Shown here: piece by piece, positions 1 through 13,637 of the stretch
Layout: each line of letters starts with the position of its first letter
Numbering within the stretch: the stretch's first letter is position 1
Source: Octopus vulgaris
Taxonomy: Eukaryota
NCBI GenBank assembly: GCA_951406725.2
Contig: OX597842.1
Location: forward strand, 2,976,001 to 3,040,000
Length of the DNA: 64,000 bases
Direction: 5' to 3'
The notes under the pieces: generated by a model
Databases searched by the model: none
Told to the model about the DNA's origin: nothing
The model's input: the letters and a program-made list of their open reading frames with translations, nothing else
Made by a program: the position numbers and the translations under genes

Positions 1-199
1 ATTGTCCTTCATTTCCAGCTAGATTTCTGCTAGTTCTCCTTTTGAGTCTCGGTCATGAAGTTGGAGTGAATGCTTGAGTGTAGTGCGCTCCACTCGTTTT
101 TGCTTATAGATGCCGCATCTAGGCCTGCCATTCTTTGTCTGTGATGCATAGTTTTCAGCCAACGCTTGCTAGTTATCCGTGTCTATCTAAGAGCTTTAA

Positions 200-745
200 G
201 ATACATACACATATGTATATACACAAACATGCATACACACATACATGTGCATACATACACACAGTTACATACAGCTATACACACACATACATATACATAT
301 AAGCTCACATATACACAAACATTCATACAAACGCTTATACATACATATATACACATACATATGCACACACATCCATACACACACATACATATACACACAC
401 ATACTCATATACATAGATACATACATATATACAAACGCTCATATATATATATACATACATACATATACACACACATCCATACACACAGATACTCATATAC
501 ATAGATACATACATACATACAAACGTTCATACATATACACACATCCATACGCACACATACATATACACACATTCTCATATACATAGATACATACATACAG
601 ACATATATACACTCACAAACATGTACATTCATACATACATTCACACACATACATACCTGCACTTACATACACACACATACATACAAAGAAACGCATACCT
701 AGACACACATACACACACGTATATATATATATATACACACACACG
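200..745. repeat. Degenerate (TACA)n/(CA)n/(TA)n microsatellite
   Basis: Direct reading; explains the His/Thr/Tyr/Ile ORFs at 166-662. Confidence 0.95.
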
Positions 746-1373
746 CTCAGCTCCTATTTCCACCCTGATCTCATAAAACAGCCACCCGACACTATTAACT
801 TCTTATTAAGAAGGTCAACAGCCAGTCATCCGTATCCCTCCTCCATTCACAGTTACGACTCCCCATTGTAACTCGAACATCACTCTCCTTTGAAGGAGAC
901 TCATTCAGTCATTTCATCTGTTTAAATTGATTTACATTGTTCAAATTCACTTTCAGAATCTGTGCCGTCGTCGTTTATAGACTCGTAATGTGCTTACGAT
1001 TGTGGTGTGTAACACTCGCTCTGTGCGCACGTGTATTGTTTTCGTTGTCTGCACACTAAACTTTTAACTTCTATCTTTCACTTGTTCCAGTCACTAGACC
1101 GTGGTCATGCTGGAGCACTGACTTGAAGTAGCATTTCAGTTGAACAAATTGACCCCAGTTATATATATATATATATATATAACTCCAAGAAAGTTAGGGG
1201 TTGTGAATCCAACCCACTAAGAGATAATATCTATCCAATATACTGTTGGTAGAATACCCAATTATTAATACACAAGTGTTTTTTATTGCATTGCAATCAC
1301 ATTGTACCTAGTGTACTAAATGAGTGAAGGTAAAGAGATATTTTATCATTTGCTATATATATATATATATATA

Positions 1374-1745
1374 TCATCATCATCATCATCGTTTAATGTT
1401 CGCTTTCCATGCTAGCATGGGTTGGACAATTTGACTGAGGACAGGTGAACCAGATGGCTGCACCAGGCTCCAATCTGATCTGGTAGAGTTTCTACAGCCC
1501 TTCTTAACACCAACTACTCCAAGAGTGTAGTGGGTGCTTTTATGTGCCACTGGCACAAGGGCCAGTCAGACAGTACTGGCAACGGCCACACTCAAGTGGT
1601 GTTTTTTATGTGCCACCTGCACAGGAGCCAGTCCAGTGGCACTGGCAACATCCTCGCTCGAATGTTTTTCTCTTGCCACCGGCACAAGTGACACTAAGGC
1701 AACACTGGTAACGATCACGTTTGAATGGTGCTTTTTACGTGCCAT
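1374..1745 (-). mobile_element. 3' UTR/tail fragment of an RTE-like LINE (or RTE-tailed SINE) ending in (GAT)n
   Basis: Reverse complement ends ccatgctagcatggaaagcgaacattaaacgatgatgatg, matching the tail that follows RTE coding sequence at 8020-8070. Confidence 0.7.
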
Positions 1746-1788
1746 GTATGTATGTAGGTATAGATATAGATATAGATATATATATGTA

Positions 1789-1819
<31 letters not shown>

Positions 1820-1821
1820 AT

Positions 1822-2340
1822 TTTGTAAAGCCTGGTACTTATTCTATCAGTCTCTTTTGCCAAACTGGTAAGTTACAGAGATGTAAACAAACCAACATCA
1901 GTTGTCAAGTGTGATGGAAGACAAACACAGACACAAACATACACATACACGCACAGAGATATATCTATCAATTTCACACAAGCTGGGAGGTTGCACAGAT
2001 GCCGGTCAGGTGGCACTGGCATTGGGTACGCTTGAATGGTGCTTTTTATGTACCACCAGCACAGGTACCTTACATATATATTCACACACACACAATGGGC
2101 TTCTTTCAGTTTCTGTCTACCAAATCCACTCACAAGGCTTTGGTCAGCCCGAGGCTATAGCAGACGACATTGGTCCAAGACTTTAGTAGAAGACATTTGC
2201 CCAAGGTGTCATGCATTGGAACTGAACATGGGTCCATGTGGCTGGGAAGCAATGAAATAAGACTATAAAAGAAATAAACACTAGGTTGTGCCCCAGCATG
2301 GCCACAGTTCAATCACTGAAATGAGTTAAGCAATAAAAGA
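1822..2340 (-). mobile_element. Rearranged, diverged fragments of SINE family A
   Basis: Blocks ttctttcagtttctgtctaccaaatccactcacaaggctttggtc and agacatttgcccaaggtg are the reverse complement of the family A body; a short plus-strand tail piece lies at about 2250-2340. Confidence 0.75.
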
Positions 2341-2489
2341 AGATAAATAGATAGGGAGAGGTGTAGGTAGTGTGATTCAAAATTGAAATTGCACAAAAAA
2401 TAACCTAAATTCCATTTTTATACCCATTCATATAATTTGGTACGGATCTGGAGTTTGGGTATTTTATAGAGTGCATGTAGAAAACAAGA

Positions 2490-2847
2490 AGCAAAACAGA
2501 AGAGATTGTTTATAAAATGTTTAGTTACACCATCTTACGTATGTCTCATTAACAAAGAATGTTATGTAAAGCAAATTACATAATCAAAATTTACTGTCAA
2601 ATCTTCAGAGAACTGTAATCTTTATATGTAACAAAATTGAATTAGTGAAAAGTTGCCATAATGGGACATTTGGTTATTAATTCTGTGATGGAAAACGGTC
2701 AGAAATCAGGTTGCACAACTCTGAAGATTTGATAATGCATTTTGATTATGTAATTTCTGTTATGCAACTAATGATCATTTTTTGTCAATGAAATATATGT
2801 AAGATGGTGTAATTAAATATTTTATAAACAATCTCTTATGGTTTGCT
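2490..2847. mobile_element. Fold-back/MITE-like element with ~125-bp imperfect inverted arms
   Basis: aagagattgtttataaaatgtttagttacaccatcttac...aaattacataatcaaaat...aaatcttcagag (2500-2610) is mirrored by ctctgaagattt...gtaagatggtgtaattaaatattttataaacaatctctt (2719-2837). Confidence 0.8.
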
Positions 2848-3622
2848 GTTTTATATGTGTATGTATGGGTGAATATGCCTGCCTCTGTGGGTACATGAGT
2901 GTGTGTATAGGCATATAAAATATTTTTCTCTTTCTCTCTCTGTTTATATATCTATCTATATATATGTATATAAATATATGTATATACATGTACATATATG
3001 TATAGATATGCATATACAGGCACATAATATATATATATGTATGTGTGTATGTATATGTGTGCGTATATATGCGTATATTACAGGGTATTTTCTATATGAA
3101 CAATTCATTTAACCATACTACCCAAAAATATATAGATCTCTTGACAAAACAAATTCACACACACACACACTCATTAACAAATTTTCATAAACTTTTATAC
3201 CCTCATATACGCACACATACATACATTAACACACTTATATAATGTCACACGCATTAACACACATAATGCTTCAAACACGTGCACACACATACACAGACAC
3301 ACATACGTAATTCTTTATGAATATAAAGTGCAACCATAGATATATGTGTGTGTGTGTGTGTACAAAGCATTATACAAATGTGTGTGTGTATGAAGTAATA
3401 TATAAGTGTATTAATGTGTGTATGTATAAGGTATCATATATAAAGATGTGTGTGTGTGTGAAAGACTTATCTAATCAATGTGTGTATACATGTGAAGGCT
3501 TATAAGAATATGTATGAGTGTGTGTGTATATATACGTGTTGTGTGTATGTCTATAAGCCTGAGTGAGTGTGTGTGAAGGAATTATGTAAATATGTGTGAA
3601 TAGGTGTGAAGGCTTATGTAAA

Positions 3623-3664
<42 letters not shown>

Positions 3665-4253
3665 AAGGAGTTATGTTAATATATTAATGTATATACATAC
3701 ATGTAAACTTATGCATACGTATGTGTATGTGTATGTGTGTGTGTGTGTATAAACGCATTTGTGTGTGTGATACTTAGGCAAGATGTGTGTATAAATGTGT
3801 GTGTGAGTAAAAGACTTATGCAAATGTATTAATGTGTATGTGTGTGCGTGAGTGTGACTGAACGCTTATGCAAGTGTGTATAAGAGTGTGTGCGTGGTTT
3901 GGTATGTATAAGCGTGTGTATAAGAGTGTGTGTGTGTATGTGTGTGTGTGATACTTCGGCAAGGTGTCAATATGATTACCTACTGTAAGCTCCGCAACTT
4001 CCTCTTCCGGTTGTAAGCCGACTTCCTGTCTCACAGTGAAACAATCCACTTAAATCTCACCCCCACCATCACCTCCACCCTCCCACCCGCCATCCACACC
4101 CCTCCATCCCTCCGTCGCCATCGACGATTCTCCATCATCCGCCAACCGCTCCCACCCTCATCTTCACCTGTCTTCTCAGCTCTTTGATTAAATCGCAAGA
4201 TATGTGCTCAATGCATTTGTACTTATGTGTGTGTGTATATATGTATGTGCATG

Positions 4254-4315
<62 letters not shown>

Positions 4316-4353
4316 TATATATAAATATATATATATATGTATATATGTATATA

Positions 4354-4426
<73 letters not shown>

Positions 4427-4989
4427 TATATATATATATTATCTATATGTGTAGTTCAGTGATTATAGATATTTGCGCATATGTTTGTCATAATCTATAA
4501 GTGTATTATCAATATATATCATAATAATGTGTGTATATATATATATATATGTACACACACATATTTATACAAATACATATATTCTCATATATACATATCT
4601 ATATATATATTCACACAAACATATATTTATACATATATACCGCTATCTATCTTTGTGTGTGTATATAATATATATATATATATATACAGCTATCCATACA
4701 CACACATATATACATCCATACACACACATATATACATCTATACATACACACACACATATATATGTATCTATATGTATGTGTGTGTGTCTATAATACATAT
4801 ATATATATTTGTATATATATATATGTATATACATATTTATGTACATGTATGTAGGCATGTGTATATATAAATATATATATATATATGTATAATTACTCAC
4901 AAAAATACCATCCATATATAGATATGTATGTGCATGTATGTGTGCGTGTGTGTGCATGTGTGTGAGTATGTGTACACACCCATACCCCG

Positions 4990-5035
<46 letters not shown>

Positions 5036-5310
5036 ACCTAATAGAGCAGGAATAAGAGATGCAGCCAGGAGAAGTGGGGGGTGAGGGAGACATTTAACTA
5101 GTTATAAGATTTATGACAAATTTCTATCAAGAAATAAATATATAAATCTTCATAAGTGTTCTCATACATTTCATACACCTCTACATACACACACCTGCAA
5201 ATATATACACACATATATACACATAAATATACATACATACACACACAGGTACTAAATGAATAAATTGATATTCTGTTAAGGCTATAAACAGTCTGAAAAT
5301 ATCACCTGGA

Positions 5311-5356
<46 letters not shown>

Positions 5357-5556
5357 TACACATATATGTATGTGTGTGTATATGTTTGTATGTATTTATA
5401 AATAGCATTTGTGTCCATAGACAGGTTCATTCAATTTTGCTGTGGTACTTGAACAGAGAAAAATATCGTTAGCTGAAGATTCAATAAATAGACACAAGAT
5501 GTGATAAAATTTAACGTGGTGTATGCATGTATGCGTATATATGTGTACACACATAC

Positions 5557-5593
<37 letters not shown>

Positions 5594-5595
<2 letters not shown>

Positions 5596-6000
5596 CGCAG
5601 GAGTGGCTGTGTGGTAAGTAGCTTTCTAACCAACCACATGGTTCCGGGTTCAGTCCCACTGCGTGGCATCTTGGGCAAAGTGTCTTCTGCTATAGCCCCG
5701 GGCCGACCAATGCCTTGTGAGTGGATTTGGTAGATGGAAACTGAAAGAAGCCTGTCGTATATATGTATATATATATGTATGTGTATGTGTTTGTGTGTCT
5801 GTGTTTGTCCCCCTAGCATTGCTTGACAACCGATGCTGTTGTGTTTACGTCCCCGTCACTTAGCGGTTCGGCAAAAGAGACCGATAGAATAAGTACTGTG
5901 CTTACAAAGAATAAGTCCCGGGGTCGAGTTGCTCGACTAAAGGCGGTGCTCCAGCATGGCCGCAGTCAAATGACTGAAACATGTAAAAGAGAGTAAAAGA

Positions 6001-6001
<1 letters not shown>
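5594..6001 (+). mobile_element. Full-length tRNA-derived SINE, family A (octopus-type, CORE-like central block)
   Basis: A-box-like TGGCTGTGTGG, B-box-like GGTTCAGTCCC, cttgggcaa(a)gtgtcttct block, internal (TA)n(TG)n, tail gtaaaagagagtaaaagag; many copies in the window. Confidence 0.9.
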
Positions 6002-6066
<65 letters not shown>

Positions 6067-6107
6067 GTATATTTATATATATACACACACACATATATAT
6101 ATATATA

Positions 6108-6452
6108 TTCTCTATTCTTTACTTGTGTAAGTCATTTTAGTGTGGCCATGCTGGAGCACCACCTTTAGTTGAACAAATCTACTCCAGGACTTATTCTTTG
6201 TAAGCCTAGTTCTTATTCTATCGGTTTCCATTGCTGAACGTAAACACACCAACATCGGTTGTCAAGCGACAGTAGGGGTTCAAGCAGAGACACACAAGCA
6301 CACGCACACGTGCACGCGCGCACATATATACGACGGGCTTCTTTCAGTTTCCATCTACCAAATCCACTCACAAGGCTTTGGTCGGACCGATGCTATAGTA
6401 GAAGACACTTGCCCAAAGTGCCATACAGTAGGACTGAACCCGGAACCATGTG
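6108..6452 (-). mobile_element. SINE family A, 5'-truncated, inverted relative to 5594-6001
   Basis: Reverse complement of the family A body and tail. Confidence 0.88.
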
Positions 6453-6480
6453 GAATATGTGGTACATATATATATACATA

Positions 6481-6862
6481 CTAGCAGTATCGCCCGGCGT
6501 TGCTCAGGTTTGTAAGGGAAATAACTATAAAGCATTTTTAGAGAGTTATAGCCAAAAAATAGCAAAAAAATGGAAAAAAAATTATGGTAAATTTTTTTGA
6601 GAGTTAAAAAAGGTGGAGTTGCGTCCCCTAGACGGTCTGTGGTTTGGGTTTCTGATTCTCGACCCCATGTCGAATTTATCGATTTTTTTCAGAACTGGGG
6701 GAACTTTTCAAAATTTTCGCTGCGTTAGTTTTGAATTATGACATTGGGCTATGTGTGTGTCAAGTTTCATCAGAATCGGTTGAAAGCCGTGGTCAGAGTG
6801 AGGGTACAACCAAACAGACACACAGAAACACACACAGACAAACTGCCGTTTATATAGAGAGA
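6481..6862 (-). mobile_element. Non-autonomous Helitron
   Basis: Minus strand starts TC (tctctctatataaac) and ends with a GC-rich hairpin (ctgagcaacgccggg) then CTAG followed by T; carries the caagtttcatcagaatcgg and acagac motifs typical of short invertebrate Helitrons. Confidence 0.75.
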
Positions 6863-7139
6863 GATATATGTATATATATGTATATATATATACACATATG
6901 TATATACATATATATATGTACATAAGAAAAAAAAAATTATCCTACATTAGATATAAATTTAAGCATTCCCTTCTGGACTCTCTCACTCTGTGAGGGCCTC
7001 AGTTCAAATTGCACGTGTTTCGAATGGGTTGGAGTATTTCTATTTTGAATATATTTTGGGTACTTAATTGTGCTCATGACTTAGTGTTTGCTTCTTCCAT
7101 GGGTATGAGTAAGTATCTCATTTATTTCTTTTGCCACAT

Positions 7140-7194
7140 GTATCACTGACGAAGGGAGGGCTCTTATGAGCTAACCCTGAAATCGGTCCGATAT
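7140..7194 (+). ncRNA. Degenerate minimal type I hammerhead ribozyme motif
   Basis: gtatca-CTGACGA-aggg...gctc ttat gagc...ccct-GAAA-tcg-GTC-cgatat: core intact, stem II aggg/ccct, stem I gtatc/gatat with an A-C mismatch at the closing pair. Confidence 0.6.
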
Positions 7195-7390
7195 GGTAAT
7201 AATGGACCTTTTTTAGGAACTTCTGCCCACCTTTTTTCGAGTAGCGTGCGTATTGTGAAAAAATTATATGGTTAATGGACAATATGTCCAATTTTTCGGC
7301 ATATTTGGCATTAGAAATTTTTTCGTTTGCCCTTATTTATGAATTGTTTATACATATATATATATATATATATGTACACTCACACACATT

Positions 7391-7422
<32 letters not shown>

Positions 7423-7564
7423 CATACATACACACACAGACACATATATGCAAGTTTATTTTGCCCAGATGTGTGACTCTGTGGCATGAAGTTTGCTTCT
7501 CACCCACCTGGATCCAGGTTCAGTCCCACTGCATGGTACCTTGGGCTCGCTTGTCTAATTTTAA

Positions 7565-8061
7565 AAAAAGAAAGATGCGGTGTGCAAGAGAGAAGACTGC
7601 GATGGTTCGGTCATATGATGCGGATGGATGCTGACTGCTCCATAATGAAATGCCGATTTCTTAAAGTTGATGGAAGTGAGAGACCGAGGAAGACTTAGGA
7701 TGAAGTAGTGAAGGACGAGATCAGGTTGCTGAATCTTTCAGGTGAGATGACAAAAGACCAAGATGCTTGGCGCCTTGTTGTATTCAAGAAGATGCATACT
7801 CCACAAAAGAATTGTTATGGTGGTGCCCCCTGGGGAAGAGGATTGGTCTGCAACAGTCCTGTGCTGGTGCCACATAGAAGTGCTTGTGCAGTGCCACGTA
7901 AAAGCAGCCAACACACTCTGTTGACTGGTTGGTGTTATGAAGGGCATTCAGCTGTGGAAACCAACCCAAACCAGACTGGAATCTGGGGCAGCTCTCCAGC
8001 TGGCCAGCTCTGGTCAAACTGTCCAATCCATGCCAGCATCAGCAATGGACATTAAACGACA

Positions 8062-8070
<9 letters not shown>
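7565..8070 (+). mobile_element. 5'-truncated RTE-clade LINE: ORF C-terminus, 3' UTR and (GAT)n tail
   Basis: Translates RCGVQERRLRWFGHMMRMD..CRFLKVDGSERPRKT*DEVVKDEIRLLNLSGEMTKDQDAWR, the LRWFGHxxR...RPRKTW...W motif series of RTE C-termini. Confidence 0.85.
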
Positions 8071-8103
<33 letters not shown>

Positions 8104-8219
8104 TTGATGCTGATGATGATGATGGTGGTGATGATGCTGATGATGATAATTGATTTTGATGATGGTGATGATGGTGATGATGATGATGGCAATGATGATG
8201 ATGATGATGGTGATGATGG

Positions 8220-8251
<32 letters not shown>

Positions 8252-8353
8252 GTGATGGTGATGATGACGACAATGATGCTGACGATGATGATGATGACGA
8301 TGAGGATGATGACGACGATGATGATGATGATGATGATGATGAAGATGATGATA

Positions 8354-8390
<37 letters not shown>

Positions 8391-8745
8391 GATGATGATA
8401 ATGATGATGATGATGATGAAGATGATGATAATGATGATGATGATGATGATGGTGATGGTGATGGTGATGATGATGATGATGATGATGGTGATGGTGATGA
8501 TGATGATGATGATGATGATGGTGATGGTGATGATGATGATGATGGTGGTGGTTATGATGATGATGATGATGATGATGATGACGACGATGGTGATGCTATT
8601 GCTGATGTAGCTAATACCGCTGGTGTTAATGAAGAGGGTGACGATGGTGATAACTTCAAGGTCAATGATGATGATGATGATAATGATGATGACAATGTCA
8701 ATGGCGATGATGAGGACGATGATGCTGGTGATTATGATGTTGGTG
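8062..8745. repeat. (GAT)n trinucleotide expansion
   Basis: Direct reading; contiguous with the RTE tail. Confidence 0.97.
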
Positions 8746-8862
8746 GCATGGAAACACAAAAAGACCAAGACAAAATGTAAAAGGAACAAAACAAAACAAA
8801 ACAAACAAATATCAAAAGCAAATCTTTTGAAGAAAGAGACACGTGTTCAAATGACAGCTGAT

Positions 8863-9610
8863 TGGTGGTATGGTGGTGGTGGTGGTGGTGGTGGTGGTGG
8901 TATGGTGGTGGTGGTGGGAGGGAAGGGTAAATAAAGTCTCTTTGCTTGGGTATGGTATTCATAGTGGTAGTGGAGAGAAAGTGGTGGTGGTGGTGGTGGA
9001 GGTGGTGGTGATGGTGATGGTGGTAGTGGTGTTGGTGGTGATGGTGGTGGTGGTGGTAGTTGTGGTGGTTGTGGTGGTTATAGTGGTGGTGGTTGTGGTG
9101 GTGGTGGTGGTGGTGGTGGTGGTGGTGATGGTGGAGATGGTAGTGAGTGGTGGTGGTGGTTGTGGTGGTTGTGGTGATAGTGGTAGGGTGGTGGTGGTAG
9201 TGGTGGTGATGGTGGAGATGGTGGTGATGGTGGTGGTTGTTGTGGTGGTGGTGATGGTGGTAGGGTGGTGGTGGTGTTGGTAGTGGTGGTGGTGGTGGTG
9301 ATGGTGAAGGTGGTGGTGTGGTGGTGGTGATCGTGCTGGTGCTGGTGAAGGTGGTGTTAGTAGTGGTGATGGTTATGGTGGTGTTGTTGTTGTTGGTGGT
9401 AATGATGATGAAGGTGATGGCGGTTTCAGTTGTGTTGATGGCAGTGATGATGGCGACAGACGTGGAGGTGGTGGTGGTGGTGGAGATGGTGGTGATGGTG
9501 GTGGTGGTGGTTGTTGTGGTGGTGGTGATGGTGGTAGGGTGGTGGTGGTGGCAGTGTTGATGACAAAGATTCTGATGGCCACAACCCTGATGATGATGAT
9601 GATGATGGTT
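8863..9610. repeat. (GGT)n degenerate trinucleotide repeat
   Basis: Direct reading. Confidence 0.95.
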
Positions 9611-9825
9611 AAAATGTTTAGAAGTAATCTTACTCTCTTTTCTATCAAATTTGTGTTGTTTTTATTGTTTTTTTCTCTCTTTTTTTCTTTATATGGAATG
9701 GAAATGTAGGAGGTGTAGTGGTCATGGTAGGGTTGTGTGTTGAAGGGTCTGTGGTGAATGGGATCAGATGTAAATGGGATGGGGATGGGCAGGTGTCAGT
9801 GGTGTCTGTTTACACCAGATTTCTT

Positions 9826-10590
9826 GGAAAGAGAGGAAGAGGTAGAAATGGAAAGACTGAGGGGGAAGGAAAGAGGGAGAGAGAAGAGGAAGGATGGAGA
9901 GAAAGAGAGAAAGAAAGAGAAAGAAAGAAAGGAAGGAAGAAAGAGAGAAAGAAGGAGAGAAAGAAAGAACAAAAAGAAAGAAAGAAAGAAAGAGAGAATA
10001 AGAAAGAGAAAGAGAATGAAAGAAAGAGAGAAAGGAAGAAAGAGAGAGAGAGAAGGAGAGATAGAAAGAACAAAAAGAAAGAAAGAAAGAAAGAGAGAGA
10101 GAAAGAAAGAAAGAGAGAGAGAAGGAGAGAAAGAAAGAACAAAAGAAAGAAAGAAGAGAGAGAGAGAAGGAGAGATAGAAAGAACAAAAAGAAAGAAAGA
10201 AAGAAAGAGAGAGAGAAAGAAAGAAAGAGAGAGAGAAGGAGAGAAAGAAAGAACAAAAGGAAAGAAAGAAAGAAAGAGAGAGAGGAGAGAAAGAAAGAAC
10301 AAAAAGAAAGAAAGAAAGAGAAAGAGAAAAAGAGAGAGAAACAAAGAGACAAAGGAAGAAAGAGAGAGAGAGAGAGAGAGAGAAGGAGAGAAAGAAAAAA
10401 CAAAAAGACAGAAAGAAAGAAAGAAAGAAGGAAAAGAAGAAAGAAAGAAAGAGAAATAGTGAATGGAAGAAAGACAGAGAGAGAAAAAAAGGCAGGAAGA
10501 AGAGAGAAAGAGAGAAGAAAGAGATAAAGAAAGAAAGAAGGAAAAGAGAAAGAAAGCACAGAGAGGAAAAGAAAGAAGAAAAGTAAGAAT
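9826..10590. repeat. Polypurine (AAAG)n/(AG)n tract with higher-order duplication
   Basis: About 760 bp of almost only A/G; a ~113-bp block (agaaggagagatagaaagaacaaaaag...) is repeated from 10051 and 10164. Confidence 0.95.
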
Positions 10591-10610
10591 ACCTCCACTT
10601 CCCCTATCCA

Positions 10611-10644
<34 letters not shown>

Positions 10645-10779
10645 GTATATAGATATACACACATGTATACACATACATATCCGCACGTCTGAATACGTGT
10701 TTATGCGTGTATGTATGTGTGTTGTGTGCATATATGTATATCTATATATATTTATATCTGTGTTTGTGTGTGTATGTAT

Positions 10780-10813
<34 letters not shown>

Positions 10814-11628
10814 TCACACACACATATATGAGGGTGTATACGTATATGTATGAGTGTATATCTATATACATTTATACTTGTGAGTGTATAAGTGTGTTGT
10901 GTATTTGTGTGTATAGGAGGTGTATATATGTGTACATACACACACACACACACATACAAACACACACACACATATATTGATAGATAAACTCACCCACACC
11001 CACACATACAAGAGAAACTTTCAAGACATGAAAAACCACAAAAAAAAAAAAAAAAAAAAGCAAATTCCATTTATATTTAACTTTATTTCCAATTCTTTCT
11101 GTCTTTTTGGTTTTTAAAGAAATATTTCTAACCCCTTTTAAAGGAACGGGCCTGGAAGGGTAGGTTATGTCTTGGTAATTCCTTAAATCTGGGATTTCTC
11201 CAAATTTTCTTCTCATGTTTGTTATTTTCTTTGCAAAAAAATCTAAGGGATGTCTTTGACTGTTCCCATGTCTGTTGATAATGGTAAATGATTCGAGCGG
11301 CAAGATATATAATAAAGGAAAGGGGCCTGATTGTGAAGTTCCTTGGCAGGCAGGGATTTTAGGTTCTTGAGAGAGGTTGGAGATGAAGGGAGAGGATTTT
11401 TTTTTAGTCTTTGGGTGTTTGGTGGTAGTTGCCAGGTGGTGGATGAGGTTGGGGCTGCATGTCTTTTGGTGACAAGATTTCTGATTAGCTCTTAAATACG
11501 TTTTAGAAATTTAATACTGCTAGTATTTCGTTCTGTAGGATTATGTGTGTGTGTATATACATATATGTGTATATAGATATGTGTGTATATATACATATAT
11601 GTGTATATAGATATATGTATGCATGTAT

Positions 11629-11665
<37 letters not shown>

Positions 11666-12169
11666 CACATACAGACACACAAATGCATGTAAGTAGGCAT
11701 GTATCTGTGTATGTATAGGTATCTATCTAACTGTGTGTGTGTATATGTATATGTGAATATATATATGTATATATATGTATATATGTGAAGTGTATATATA
11801 TATATACACATATAGGAGCAGGTGTAGTAAGAAGTTTGCTTTCTGAACCTCATAATTTCCAGTTCAGTCCCTCTGCGTGGCACCTGGGCAGTGTCAACCA
11901 AAACCTTATGAGTAGATTTGGTAGTCCAAAGCGCGCGCGCGCACACACACACATACACACAGACATACACGCACACACACACGTGTGTGTGTGTGTATAT
12001 GTGTGTTTGTATTTATATATATGTAAGTAATGTATTATTAAATATGGTTATATACATTATTTACATGTTTTAAGTTACGAAACAATTTGCCATGATATTA
12101 GAACTTTCTTATTGTTAAATAAAAATTCCTCAAACTATTTCTCTATACTTTATGACTTATATATATATA

Positions 12170-13345
12170 TAGGGTATTCCATAACGAGCGCCGAATTTAA
12201 ATTGGGCGATACTTTTGTGTTTTGAAGTTTGAAGACATGTTTTTATCATGTTTGCTCTCTCTCTTCACTCTGATTAATAGTTTTTTGTTTGTTTTTCAGA
12301 ATAGTGTGCAGTGTGGCATGGAGCAGTTTACAACCGAGCAACGCGTTCTCATCGTGAAAACATTTTACCAAAATGGAAAAAGTGCGATGCAAGTAGTTCG
12401 AACATTTCGTACCATCTTGGGGAGAAATGAAGCACCCAACAATGACGAAGTTTAAAACAACTGGTTCAGTTGCAACGGCCAAATTGCCTGGTCGGAATCG
12501 TTCTCGTGGGATAGAGCAACACATTGCTGTTGAGCGAGACAGTGTCACTCTGAGTCCGGAAAAATCATCAACGATCAACGAGGTATGCATTTCATTGCAT
12601 CGAATTTTGCATAAAGATGCATGCGTACAAAATTCAACTTACGCCGCATCTTCAGCCACTTGACCAGCGGAGGCAGAGAAAATTTGCTGACTGGGTTGTG
12701 GAAAGACTTGCAGATGACGAACATTTTTCACAGAAAATCACCTTTAGTGACGGAGCATGCTTCCTTTTGAGTGGATTTCTCAAAAAACAGAACTGCCGGA
12801 TTTGGGGAAATGAAAATCCTCAAATAATACAAGAGCGTAAAATGCATCCACTGAAAGCGACTGTGTAGTGTGGTCTTTGGGTCTTTGAAAATGATGAAGG
12901 GAATGCAGTTACCATTAATGGAGAACGTTACCGAGACATGACATCCATTCAGTTATGGCCGAACTTGGAAGATACGGAGATTGACAACTTCTAGTTTCAG
13001 CAGGATGGAGCGACCTGCCACATTTCGCGCCAAACGCTTGCATTAATCCACGAAAAATTTCCGCAACGAGTGATATCCTTGCATGGTGACCAGAAATGAC
13101 CACCAAGGCTGAAATCAGGCGTGTGATTGGAGGCATCGGACCACACATCTGAGACAGTTATCGGAAAGTTCGAGTAGTGCATAAATGTATGCAGACTCAG
13201 TGCAGGTGGACATATGACCGACATTGTGTTCTATACCTAAACGGGAGACATAACTCATTAGAAATATGCAGAACACAACCATGTTTATAAGAATTCGTTT
13301 TAATTATTTGCCTTTCAAACGCGGCGCTCTTTATGGAACAGCCTG
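12170..13345 (+). mobile_element. Decayed Tc1/mariner transposon (DD41D rosa/Visitor-like) with TIRs
   Basis: TIRs agggtattccataacgagcgccg / cggcgctctttatggaacagcctg; frameshifted transposase MEQFTTEQRVLIVKTFYQN, KFKTTGSV, AYKIQL, ITFSDGACFLLSGFLKKQNCRIWGNENP, FQQDGATCH; the third catalytic region appears deleted, so the subfamily rests on the N-terminal motifs. Confidence 0.9.
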
Positions 13346-13637
13346 TGTGTGTGTATATATATATATACATGTAAAGAATAAAAAGTTTTGTATGGTACAA
13401 CAGTGCACTATAATAATAAAAAAATTGACTATATACCTGTTGTAATTTAGTTATCTATAAGTCTGATGATATTTCGGAATAAAATTCCTCCTTCAGATAT
13501 TCTTAGCTGGAGTCGCTGCTATAATCGGTTTTCCAACGGCTTTTCTTTATTCGGAAGCGTGTTTTTCCACCATGACCACTTGACAGCTGTTGTTGGTGTA
13601 TTAACGCTCCTGCGTGGGCCAAATGGAATATATCAAC

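Noticed and set aside
9718-10971. Longest ORFs (233-391 aa)
   Set aside because: They arise from the stop-free polypurine tract.
11050-11500. Unique-looking segment with a 143-aa minus-strand ORF
   Set aside because: No recognisable domain; the excess of doubled bases and homopolymers suggests low-quality consensus or decayed sequence.
13461-13506. Minus-strand CTGAAGG-aggaat ttt attcc-GAAA-tatc motif
   Set aside because: The core is mutated and stem I does not pair; counted only as a weak remnant.
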